Positions 30,363-45,312 of a stretch of 64,000 bases of DNA are shown one piece after another; the first letter of the stretch is position 1, and each line of letters begins with the position of its first letter. The notes under the pieces were generated by a model. That model was not told the origin of the DNA. It saw only the letters and a program-made list of their open reading frames with translations, and made no database searches. Origin of the DNA: the human T2T-CHM13v2.0 reference genome, Homo sapiens; assembly GCF_009914755.1 (NCBI RefSeq), contig NC_060933.1, one strand, 5' to 3'. A program made the translations under genes and the position numbers.

Positions 30363-32217
30363 AGATAGTGCCATTTTTAAGAGGATCAAAGGATGTCAGA
30401 GTCAATGAGAAACAATTCTGAGTTCAACCCCTTCATTTAGAGAAGTTGGGAAACTGAAGCCCTGAGATAAGAAGTACCTTGGTCTAAGGTCCTAGAGCTA
30501 GGAAAGCCCCCTTACAACAGTCTTTTACCCAACTCTTTCAGTGCTATAATGCTCAACTACTCAATTAAAATTACCTGGCAGGCAGTTTTGAAGTAGGTAC
30601 CCTCTAGTTTATACTCCAGATCCCTCCTTGTTGCCCTCACAGCCACTTAGACATCACAGTGTATTTCTAACTATGTCACAGTGTCTTTACTGCCCACTGT
30701 CTCTACGATTGAAGAGTCATCTCATTGAATTTATCACAGATTTCTCCTGGAGGCCTGTCTTTTTATTATGGTATTTCCTCCCCTAGAATGTCTTGCTATC
30801 TTGGATTTAGAACATTTATGTACTTGGATTTATTTCCATTGAGTTTTTAAGTATCTCTCCCACACAGTCCATTATGAGACAGCTGTTGACATATACCGTG
30901 GCGGCTGTCACATGGGAGGAATCTTCTTTAAAAGGATGTTCCCACTGACCTGTTTATCAAGACTGCATGAGTCAATTTTTCTTTTTTTCTTCTTCTTGGA
31001 ATCGCCTTTCATATTTTCAGACTCATAGAATGACAGATTGTCAGGAACCTTGAACATCACCTTAACTAAACGCCCTGATTTTATGGATTTAAAAACCATG
31101 GCACTAGGAAATTGGAATTTTTCCAAGGTCATGGTGAGTTAGTGACAGTACAAGAGGGTTGCTTGATCTGTCAGCTAGTTTTCTCATTTATGAAATGGAG
31201 ATGATTCCAACTCTGTCTACCTCATACTTTTAAAATGAGGATTAGTGAGGTAAAACCATATACAAAATGGAAGTATTGTCAACACTTTTAGTCAAGGCAA
31301 AGCTGTACTCTTTGAAATCGAACGAAATGAGGAGTACTCATTGTTATAAGACTTTCTTTCCATTAGGTTGTAAATTTCTTGCTGGCAGAGATTTTGGAAG
31401 CTAGTCCAACTCCTAATTTATTTTTTACATATAGGAGAATTGAGGTTGCACAGTTAGTTATTAGCAGAGCCCAGAATTCGTCTTAGCCCCCTTATTCCAC
31501 ATTGCATAGCACAGCATCTTGTGTTTGCAATCTAGTGTGCAGGCACAAGAGCAGTTCCAACCCAGTGAGATTTGTACTGCTGTTGAGAAACATGGTAAAA
31601 TGAGAGCAGAGTTAAAGAATGTCCCTTATCCTCAGTGTGGCAGTTCCTTATGGGCTTCTGTGGTTTGCCCCAGGAGGGTGTGGACAGCTTCTTTTGAGTC
31701 ATTGTCTAAAATCAGTAGACATTCCTATGTATTCATAGCTGAGGTTAATAAGCACACTTCTTCCTGATTTCTCCCTTCATCTAAGCTCTTCTTGTCATTT
31801 TAGAGCTGTCTTCTCATAATGCACAGGGAAAGTACATAGGCCAGAGTCCTTTCTCCTGTCAGGGGTTTCATGTTATCAGTCACTGTGACTAGGGAGTTTC
31901 TAGGCTGGAGGAAGGGTGGGATATCTGTCAGGGATGCATACATAGTAGCATAGACACTGGTAATGAGTTTTGCTTGTGCCAGTACCTATATTACATATCT
32001 AATCCTCTCAACTTCCAGGTTTGTAGAGGAGGTAGCAGTCTGAATTGTGTTCATCTTCATCTTGTCTTGCAACAGATACCATCTCATTTCCCTTTCATGT
32101 AATTGCTTGCAATGTGGCTTTATGTGCAAAATGTGTATTACTTTGGAAACATTTGAAATATCCTGAACAAAATCATCAAAACAATATTTTTCTCTCTTTC
32201 TTTTTTTAATGCAACAG

Positions 32218-32302
32218 AAAATGCCCCAAAAACAATAGAGGACGTCGACAGAAGCAAAACCTAGGTCATTTTACTTCAGATACGTCATCCAGAATGGTTT
32301 AA
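32218..32302 (+). CDS. TMEFF1: TMEFF1 last coding exon (cytoplasmic tail and stop)
   Basis: polypyrimidine tract plus caacag| acceptor; encodes (R)KCPKNNRGRRQKQNLGHFTSDTSSRMV then TAA at 32300-32302. Confidence 0.97.
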
Positions 32303-33340
32303 ACTGATGACTTTTATATGTACACTGACCATGTGATGTACATTTATTATGTCTTTTTTTAAAGAATGGAAATATTTATTTCAGAGGCCTTATTTTTGGA
32401 CATTTTTAGTGTAGTACTGTTGGCTCGTATTTAGAATATTCAGCTACGACAGTTTTGGACTGTTTAGTAGTCTTTGTTTTATGTTTTTAAATACAGAAAT
32501 TGCTTTCACAAATTTGTACCACATGGTAATTCTAAGACTTGTTCTTTACCCATGGAATGTAATATTTTTGCAAAGATGGACTACTTCACAAATGGTTATA
32601 AAGTCATATCCACTTCTTCCACAATGACCACAGCAAATGACCAAGCATGAACTAAAGGTAAAGATGTTTACAGATTACTTTTCTTACAAAAAAAATCTAG
32701 AAGACACTGTGTTTAAATAGATATTTAAATGTTTTTGAGATTTAGTAACTGATTTTTTAGACACTGCCTATCGCATGAACTGTAAAGCTGTGTGTATTAG
32801 GTGTAAAATATTTATAAGATATATGGACTGGGGAATTTGATTATTCCTCCCTTTGAAAAAATAGTCCTAATAATTTGAACAAATATGTTAGTAATGATGG
32901 AACAGATCAATGAAAAGTAGATATAGATATTGTGAAAATAGGCTGTTTAACAAACAGATTGGAATAAAGCCTATTCTACCAGTTAAACTACTTTAATACA
33001 CATTCATTTTTAAAGAAAATGTTTGTTTTAACATAAATAAACAAATCGTATCAGTGTTTGTGAATAAAATACAAAAATGATTGTTAATGATTGGTGCTCT
33101 TAAAGTGAGCTTAAAATTTATCCAAGACGTATATCCAAATTTGTCCTGTAGTAATAGATTAATATTCATAGATTGTTGGTGTTTAAAGATCTGAAGTGTG
33201 AGTAGAATGTATTCAGCTGTTTAACATGTAGTTTAGATATTCAAAAGTATGCATGTAGAATTTAAAGAATATGTTAAAAATTATTAATTTTAATATTTTG
33301 TTTGGAAAAGCATGTTATAATATAATGTTTTCACTATATG
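32303..33340 (+). other. TMEFF1: TMEFF1 3' UTR (AU-rich, repeat-free); 3' end approximate
   Basis: follows the stop codon; AATAAA at 32963, 33036 and 33063; GU-rich element (tgttttggtgtgttt) at about 33346 suggests a distal cleavage site near 33340. Confidence 0.75.
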
Positions 33341-33845
33341 GCCTCTGTTTTGGTGTGTTTATTTACCAAATTTTTTGATATTGGTGTTTCAGTATATTTA
33401 ATATGTGAAATTAGTAGAAAAAGCAGATTTCGGTTCAGAATTCCCCTTTACTGTTACAAATACTGATTGAAATTATCTAAAGGCAAAAGCTTTACCCAAC
33501 ATTTGGAGTTTGCTTTTTTGATCATTTGGCTTCTAGGTTTAATATTAGTTACATGGTGGCTTTAGTGAACTTTTTTAAAAAGCTTTACTCTTCTACCCAC
33601 ACAGTCTTATTTGAGTCCCTTAGTCAGTCAGCAAGCATGTTTGGAACAGTCCCCGGTGCTTTGCAAGGGTTCAGATTGCAGAACAGTCACATATGGGTAT
33701 TTGTAGTTATAAATACTTGACCGTTCTCTAGGGGTGGGGTTTCCAACTCTTTAAACAACCCTGTTGCCTGTTATCAAGCTGACTTTTTGCTCCAAGTGCC
33801 AGAATTGATTGTGGTTAGGACATCTTACGCTGAGAAATAAATAAA
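33341..33845 (+). promoter_or_regulatory. CAVIN4: CAVIN4 proximal promoter and 5' UTR
   Basis: the only sequence between the TMEFF1 3' end and the CAVIN4 ATG; non-CpG; E-box CATATG 33690, MEF2/TATA-like 33697-33716, GGGGTGGGG box 33731, GATA (TTATCA) 33771. Confidence 0.65.
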
Positions 33846-34253
33846 ATGGAACATAATGGGTCTGCTTCAAATGCTGATAAAATCCACCAGAATCGCCTGT
33901 CGAGTGTTACAGAAGATGAAGACCAAGACGCTGCTCTTACCATTGTGACTGTGCTGGACAAAGTAGCCTCCATCGTGGACAGTGTGCAGGCAAGCCAGAA
34001 GAGAATAGAAGAGAGACACAGGGAAATGGAAAATGCCATAAAATCCGTCCAGATTGACCTGTTGAAGCTTTCACAGTCGCATAGCAATACAGGGCATATC
34101 ATTAACAAATTGTTTGAGAAAACCCGAAAAGTTAGTGCTCACATTAAAGATGTGAAAGCCCGGGTGGAGAAGCAACAAATTCATGTTAAAAAAGTTGAAG
34201 TCAAGCAAGAGGAAATAATGAAGAAAAACAAATTCCGCGTGGTAATATTCCAG
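33846..34253 (+). CDS. CAVIN4: CAVIN4 (MURC, caveolae-associated protein 4) coding exon 1, aa 1-136, HR1 coiled coil
   Basis: AAAATGG Kozak; [20 protein letters not shown]...[10 protein letters not shown]; CAG|gtaagc donor, phase 0; cavin-family HR1 sequence. Confidence 0.98.
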
Positions 34254-35805
34254 GTAAGCTTGCACTTGTGTTCAGCTTGCTTGTTCTAATCTCTTGCATC
34301 TTTTAATTGCCAAAAGTCATATCAGAGGTTTCCAGTGTCACATCTTAACTATTGTATATATTAATACAATGGAGTTCTGTATTAGCAGCAATCTCAGGAT
34401 AAAACCATTTCTCTGTTAACCAAAGTACTATCTATCATTTCGGTATTTTGAGCTTCTCAACCATTTCATGTAATATGAACTGTGGCTCATAGCTTAGACT
34501 ATTTCTTGCCTTTGAAACTTAATATTGGTAAGGCCCTTTCAGCATATTAGCCTTATTAGCATGAAGCCCTCTCATAGACTTTGAAAATGTTAGAACTAGA
34601 AGAAGACTCAGAAGCCTCTAGTTTAAAACACTTCTTTGTTCTCTAAAAGAAGAAACTGACAACCAGTAGCAGTGGTTTTTTCTGCTTATATGGAGAGCCT
34701 GGAAAGGCCTAAACAGTAGATATAAACTTTTCAGAATGTGATTTGTGTATTGGAATTTTTACATATAGATCACAATGATAGCGATTTTCCAATGAACAAT
34801 GAGGCAGTTATTTTTCTTATTATTATAGTAATACAAATATATGAGTCACATAAGTAGTTTCCTATGTTTGATTACAAAGTCTTTTTACTTAAGTGATTTA
34901 ATATAATATTTTGTGTGTGGCATTGTGTATTGAGCTAAGTTCCCATATTATTCTGCGCTTGGCACTCATATTTTTGGAAATAGGAACATATTTATGGCAA
35001 ATGCATAATATCTATGGTATATTTTCAAAACTCTTACAGTTAAAAGGAAAAAAATTGAACATTCCTTCACAGTAGAAAAGTGGGAAACTGTCATTATCAG
35101 GCAGTTTACAAAACACAAATAAGAATAAAATTCTAATTTCACCTATTTAAATGTTGGCAGTTATTAAAACCTATACCCAGAGGTTAATTTAAGGATTGGG
35201 AAAAAACACTTTCATATTCTGTTGGTAGAAATATTAATTGATAAAACATTTTTGAAAGGCAGATTTGGTAGTATGTATTAAGAAATTTAAAAATTCACAA
35301 ACTTTTTGGCCCCAAAATTTATGTCAAAGAATTTGTTCTATGCATAAAATCAGGAATGTGTGTAGGAATGTTCACTGATGCATATAAAGTGTTATTTTTA
35401 AAAATGACACCTGTATTTTAAAAATGAGTACTTATGTACATAGGAAAAAAACTAGAAGAATATAAACTAAATGAAATAGGAACACAGTTGGATTATGTAG
35501 AGGATAATTTGTAAAACACGAGGGATGTGGCCCATAACTCCCCGTGGCATTCTTTACACATTAGGCAATTCTCCATAGCCCTCTGTTGACTGATAAGGTT
35601 ACACTGGGATGGTGGAGTGGTATTTTAGGTCTGTTTTTAAGAGCCTGTAGGTTATTTAGGAAAAGTAATAGGAGAGTGAAGAGTTGCTTATTTCAAAGGT
35701 AGATAGGGCAGACTATGCTATTTGAAGTTCTTTATCATTTCCCTTTCCTTTCATGTCCCTGGAAGTCCTTCTATAGGCTTAAAAATTTGGGAAAAAAAAA
35801 AAAAA

Positions 35806-36022
35806 GCCTGGGCAATGTGGCAAAACCCTGTCTCTACAAAAATAGAAAAGTTAACCAGGTGTGTCGTCGCGTGCCTGTGTTCCCTGCTACTTAGGAGGCT
35901 GAGGTGGGAGGGTCACCTGTGGGGAGGTTGAGGCTACAGTGAGCCATGATTGTGCCACTGCACTCCAGCGTGGGTGATAGTGAGACCCTGTCTTAAGAAA
36001 AAAAATTGAAAAATTGAAAAAA
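35806..36022 (+). mobile_element. 5'-truncated AluJ-like SINE
   Basis: agcctgggcaatgtggcaaaaccc...gagaccctgtc plus A-rich tail. Confidence 0.85.
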
Positions 36023-36843
36023 AATCAGTCACCTGATTTTCAGAGGCCAGTTCCAGTGTTAGTATATGTAGTGGGAAATGTAGTATCCATTCTTTGATTT
36101 GCCTTCTGAAGATGTTCAGAATTGTGGGTATATCTTACCCTCCAGTGGCATGGGCGCATGGCCAGGAAACATATTTGGCATTCACGACTGCTGAGAACTT
36201 TTGTGCAAAGCAGTGGACTAAGTGCCAATTAAGATTTACAAAAGCAAGAGCAAAGAAGTTTCTGAAAAGTTTCCATTGACTCTGTTGATTGACATAACTC
36301 TTCTTTAAACTTTAAGATGTTTCTGTATTCACCTGTTTAGTCCCTGTAACTTACTGCTAATTGTTCCTTTCTTTGATCCCTTGTAGTTATTTAAAGCAAC
36401 TGAGGGGTGCTAGTTTAGGGCACATCTCTTCTCTTGTAAGAAATAATGCCATGAAGATTCTGCATAATTAAGTTGTTCAGAGTAGCAGCAGTTCGTCAAA
36501 AAGTAATTGCTATCATTTATAATGGAACAGCTCGTAGAGAAAAGAATAATGGACATAGAACTCTGATTCAAAGATGCATTAGATGTTAGAAAGCTGTATA
36601 CATGGTCACATGGTTATTCTTAGCAGTTAAAATTAGTTATAATTAATCATCATAGTTAAGGTATATAAATGGTTATATTGAGATTGCTCCTTCTGCTAAA
36701 ATTAACTTGAAACCAAGCAATTCAGCCATAGTAAAAATTACCTGCTATTTCTTATACATTTATTATTTCTTTTCGAACATACTATATCTTCACTAATAAG
36801 CCTCAGACTTTTGTATATTCAGAATTTCCCTAGCTATATTAGT

Positions 36844-37082
36844 TTGAGAGCTTGTTTGGAAGTTCTAGCAGGGGAGTGCAGCTGCTTGTATACCCTTGAC
36901 CAAAGACTGGTCCTCCTCTATCGTGGATGGTCATCCTCTTCGACCAAGCGTGCGGCTTCGAGAGGGACACACATGGAGCGGTGAGGGAGGAAGGGGACAC
37001 CCACTTAGCCCAGCCAGATCAGCTGAATCAACCCTGGCAATCAGTGGGTTAACAGATGTTGCAGCCAATCGCCCTCACATCC
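36844..37082 (-). pseudogene. 7SK snRNA retropseudogene (RN7SKP family), 5' ~240 nt only, no poly(A) tail
   Basis: reverse complement reads GGATGTGAGGGCGATTGGCTGCAACATCTG...GGTCAAGGGTATACAAGCAGCTGCACTCCCCTGCTAGAACTTCCAAACAAGCTCTCAA, matching the 7SK 5' region; flanked by direct repeat TAGCTATATTAGTTTGA (36831-36847 and 37085-37101). Confidence 0.95.
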
Positions 37083-38039
37083 CATAGCTATATTAGTTTG
37101 ATGTTCAATCCAGCCCACAGTACTCTGAAGCACAGTATTCATTCTGTTACAAAAATGGTCTTTTTACCTGGAGTTTTATATTAAAAGATACAATTATATT
37201 TGGAAGTCAACTATAATTCAACATCTACAATCTTCAGTTATTATAACAGTCTATTCACCATTAGCTCATGATATCGCTGTCTCATTGGAGTTGCAACTAA
37301 TAGATCTGCGTAACAAGTACTTTTTTCTGACTCTACTCCTGTTTTGTTTTACTTTAAAGCCTGATTTTATATTATTTGTTGTGTACTTAAAGGAGGGTAT
37401 GTGATTCCTGGGCTAAGCTATATCTGATTTCTTCACAGCAAGATTGTGTTTTTTCCCCTATCTAACAGTAATTAACTTTTGGCTCTTTCGTTTTCTAATT
37501 ATACCCTCTCAGGCCGTGCCAACCCACATTGTGTTGCTGAAGCTACTCCCTGCAGCAGGTGTCAGGAAAGGAGAGGAATAATTTCGCTGCTTCAAACTGA
37601 TTCATCAGAGAGCTATGAGACGCCCACCCCTGCCTTTTTTAGCTCCTAGACTCTCTAATCCTATAGCCAAAGAATTTAATTTTAAATAAGTATCCAAAGA
37701 AATAAGGTTCCAGGGATATCTTCTTGACTATCAGGCTGATAGGTTTTGGAATATGCATAAATGTGTTTTGTATATATTTATATATTTTTTGATTGAATAG
37801 ATTTAATCTGGATCTCACGTGGGGGCACAGTTTCTTTTAGAAATTTTAACTCGTGGTTCAGTTAAAAATCTCATGATTTTTCAACTTTTGTCTGTTTAGT
37901 TTGAGAAATGCTCCCTATTCAGTTGGGTTCCTCTAGCTGCTGTGGTTGGGCTGGCTCTCAAGGTTTCCAGTGTGTGTCATGTCCCAAATCCAATTCTCAT
38001 CCTTATTCTTTTGACACATTTGACACGATTGGACCTCTT

Positions 38040-38335
38040 TTTCTCTCTCTCTCTCTCTCTTTTAAAGAGACAGGGTCTTGGTCTGTTGCCCAGGCTAGAG
38101 TTCTACGGTGCAATCATAGCTCACTGCAGCCTCCAACTGCTGGGGGCAAGCCATCTTCCTTCTTCAGCCTTCCAAGTAGTAGGGACTACAGGTGCGCATC
38201 ACCTTGCCTGGCTACACTTTAAAATTTTCGTGGAGGTCTCACTTTGTTGCCTGGGCTGGTCTTGGCCTCAAGTGATCCTCCCACCTCAGCCTCCCAAAAT
38301 GTTGGGATTATAGGCATGAGCCACTGCACCCAGCC
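38040..38335 (-). mobile_element. AluJ-like SINE with (CT)n tail
   Basis: diverged dimer. Confidence 0.88.
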
Positions 38336-40110
<1,775 letters not shown>

Positions 40111-40119
40111 TATACACCT

Positions 40120-41420
40120 GTTTGATCCAATAATCATTTATTGAGTATGCCTACTATGTGCAAGACACTCTGATAGATGCTGGGCATAAAACATAAATAA
40201 GACACATGATCTCTGCTTTCAAGGAATCTGGAGAAGACCTCTGGGAGATACATATTTTTGAGTAAAGCTTCAATTCAAACTGTGCTAAATGTTATAAACA
40301 GAGGTATGTATGTGTAAATTTGAGATAGAGTTAGCCACTTGAGGAAGTTGGGGACACTTGAATTGATTATTGAAGAAAGATTTCATTTACAAAGCCAAAA
40401 AGAGGTGAAAGGGAACCTAAGATGTCAGAAACTTCTGGGTATGGTAGCATGTGCCTGTAGTCCCAGCTACTTGGGAGACTGAAGCAGGGGGATTCCTTGA
40501 GTCTCGCAGTTCGAGTCCAGCCTGAGTAATATAGTGAGACCCCGTCTTTATGAAAAGAAGAAGATACCAGAAATCACATATACATAGGCGTAGAGGGATG
40601 AAAACATCTTGTGCTTGAGGAATTGAGAGTGATTGTATGTTTCTGGGCTGGAAGAGTGGGAAAGTAGGTTTAGCTAAAGCTGAGGAGCCTTCTAATCATA
40701 CTGAAGAATTTGAGCTCTTCGTTGAGTATTGGTGAGCTCTCCAAAGTTTAAAGCAGAGAAAAGATGTGATCAAAGCTATGCTTTAGTAATATTCTCAGAA
40801 AATACTTAGTTGATGTTCTGGAGGTAGAAGGATCAGTGAGGAGGCATTGCGCAAGTTCAGGACTGAGACGACAAGGGCCGGAATCAAGACATTGGTAGAG
40901 GGAATGAAGAAGGAGGAGGGAACAGATAAGTTGTTAGGCAGTATTATCAACAAAGCTTGGTGGCTGGTTGGATATGGAATGAGAAGGAGAGGAAATATTT
41001 GGGATTATGATTCAGGTGTTTCTATCTTATGTGGCACCTGGATAGGTGTTAGTGCTGAGAGGTACAGGGAAAGAAGTAGAAATGGAGAGGATGGTGGATG
41101 GGCCTTGATTTTTAGACTTGCTAAGTTCAAGATGACTGTGTAACCTCAAACTGTGGAGCAGTCTGCCCATCATTCACACATGTGTCTTCATCTTAGGAGA
41201 GAAGGAAAGTGAAGATAAAATACATGTGAGTTTACTTACAATTGGATCTGAAAAATGGAGTGGTTAAGGTTGCCCAGGGTAAGCCTGGGAGATGAAGAAG
41301 AGGAAAGGGCCAAGGTAAGAGAAACCCTAAGAAATGGTAACATTTAAGGAGCAGGCAGAGGATAAACAGCCCATGGAGATTTACAAGGCATGGCCAGAAG
41401 GTAAAAGAGCTGCTCTATAG
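40120..41420 (-). mobile_element. L2 remnant with a FLAM monomer (40436-40560, +) inside
   Basis: catttattgagtatgcctactatgtgcaagacact antisense L2 tail followed by purine-rich body. Confidence 0.6.
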
Positions 41421-41463
41421 TGCAAAGGAAGCACTAATATGCTTTGTTTTTTCTCTCCTTCAG

Positions 41464-42150
41464 GAGAAGTTTCGGTGTCCGACATCCCTGTCTGTTGTTA
41501 AAGACAGAAACCTAACTGAGAACCAAGAAGAGGATGATGATGATATCTTTGATCCCCCAGTAGATCTGTCTTCGGATGAAGAATATTATGTTGAAGAAAG
41601 CAGATCTGCCAGGCTTAGGAAGTCAGGCAAGGAGCACATTGATAATATCAAGAAGGCATTTTCCAAAGAAAACATGCAGAAGACACGGCAGAATCTTGAC
41701 AAGAAAGTGAACAGAATTAGAACTAGAATAGTGACCCCGGAGAGGAGAGAGAGGCTAAGGCAGTCAGGAGAGAGGCTGAGACAGTCAGGGGAGAGGCTGA
41801 GACAGTCAGGGGAGAGGTTTAAGAAATCTATTTCTAATGCAGCTCCCTCAAAGGAAGCTTTTAAGATGCGCAGCCTCAGGAAAGGTAAGGACCGAACAGT
41901 GGCTGAAGGTGAGGAATGTGCCAGGGAGATGGGTGTGGACATCATTGCCAGGAGCGAGTCTCTGGGCCCCATCAGTGAGCTCTACTCTGATGAGCTCAGT
42001 GAACCAGAACACGAGGCAGCCAGGCCGGTGTATCCTCCCCATGAAGGAAGGGAAATCCCCACCCCCGAGCCTTTAAAAGTTACTTTTAAATCTCAGGTGA
42101 AAGTAGAGGATGATGAATCTCTTTTGTTAGATTTAAAGCACTCATCGTAA
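41464..42150 (+). CDS. CAVIN4: CAVIN4 coding exon 2, aa 137-364 (acidic DR2, HR2, DR3)
   Basis: ttctctccttcag| acceptor; [17 protein letters not shown]...[15 protein letters not shown]...LLLDLKHSS-stop; 136+228=364 aa, the known MURC length. Confidence 0.98.
   Translation, partial: EKFRCPTSLSVVKDRNLTENQEEDDDDIFDPPVDLSSDEEYYVEESRSARLRKSGKEHIDNIKKAFSKENMQKTRQNLDKKVNRIRTRIVTPERRERLRQSGERLRQSGERLRQSGERFKKSISNAAPSKEAFKMRSLRKGKDRTVAEGEECAREMGVDIIARSESLGPISELYSDELSEPEHEAARPVYPPHEGREIPTPEPLKVTFKSQVKVEDDESLLLDLKHSS
41749..41817 (+). repeat. CAVIN4: Coding 21-bp tandem repeat (ERLRQSG)x3 in CAVIN4
   Basis: GAGAGGCTAAGGCAGTCAGGA / GAGAGGCTGAGACAGTCAGGG / GAGAGGCTGAGACAGTCAGGG / GAGAGG. Confidence 0.95.
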
Positions 42151-44090
<1,940 letters not shown>

Positions 44091-44956
44091 CAACATTTGA
44101 TGTTTGTGTCCTATAAATATTTTTACTAATAATGCAAACAGTGAATGTAAAGAAGTTACAAGCTTTTTCTTTTTTCTAGCCCTATGCAGAATAAATATCA
44201 GTTGACCTGAAATATTTTTCTGCAAACATTACTGTCATGGAATTTTTGTAAAGTCAGTTTGCTTACTGATTCATATATAACCAGACTTGACATTTTATGG
44301 AACATTTCACATATAGCTGTATTTGAATTTTGATGAGGAAGGAGTTATAACCTGGTCAGCTCTTCATCATGGTAGACTTTGTGCAACCCCAAAACACTAA
44401 ACAGTTTCATGTCCCTGGAGGTTTGTTGTAACCTTGTACTGCTTTCTTGGTACTAGGATTTTCCCTCCATGTTGCTCTGTTTCTCTACATTTCTTCCCAT
44501 ATTTGGGACATTCCAAATGCTACATTCATAATTTATTATTCCTTTAACTTAATTTTCTTGGTATAAAAATAATGGGCTGCAAAGTCACACGTCCCGTTTG
44601 ACATCAGGAATATTCTAGTCAGTGTTTGTATTTTTAAAGTTTCAGATAACAGGGACAAATTATTTTACCTATTCATGTGTATTTTAGAAATTATACATAC
44701 CAGATTTTAAACAGTGTATTCAAATAAAACCATTGGCAAGATTCCTTGCTCTGAGATAGAACAGTGTAGCATCTATAGACACCAGGGGGCATGGAGCCAC
44801 TCAGGCTCTTCTGCAGAGTAGACAGGATAGAGTAGGGGGGTGCAAGTCTGTCTCCGGCACGCGATGATCCAGGTCTTTCCTCTGAGTGGGTGATAGCCTG
44901 ATTGTAGCTTACAGGTTAGAGAAGCAGGGCAAACAACAAAGTACATGAAAATTCAA

Positions 44957-45247
<291 letters not shown>

Positions 45248-45270
45248 TCAGCTTGCTGAAAGTGTACTTG

Positions 45271-45273
45271 TGG

Positions 45274-45309
<36 letters not shown>
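45271..45309. repeat. (TG)n microsatellite
   Basis: direct inspection. Confidence 0.95.

Positions 45310-45312
<3 letters not shown>

Noticed and set aside
32288-32302. C-terminal PDZ-binding motif in TMEFF1 (SSRMV)
   Set aside because: The -2 residue is Arg, which does not fit class I, II or III consensus
28378-33846. In-frame TMEFF1-CAVIN4 fusion protein
   Set aside because: In-frame TGA at 33831-33833 precedes the CAVIN4 ATG, and the cryptic acceptor frame hits TAG
41586-42076. Antisense and alternate-frame ORFs over CAVIN4 exon 2 (LSLSPDC repeats)
   Set aside because: Shadows of the real CDS and its 21-bp repeat
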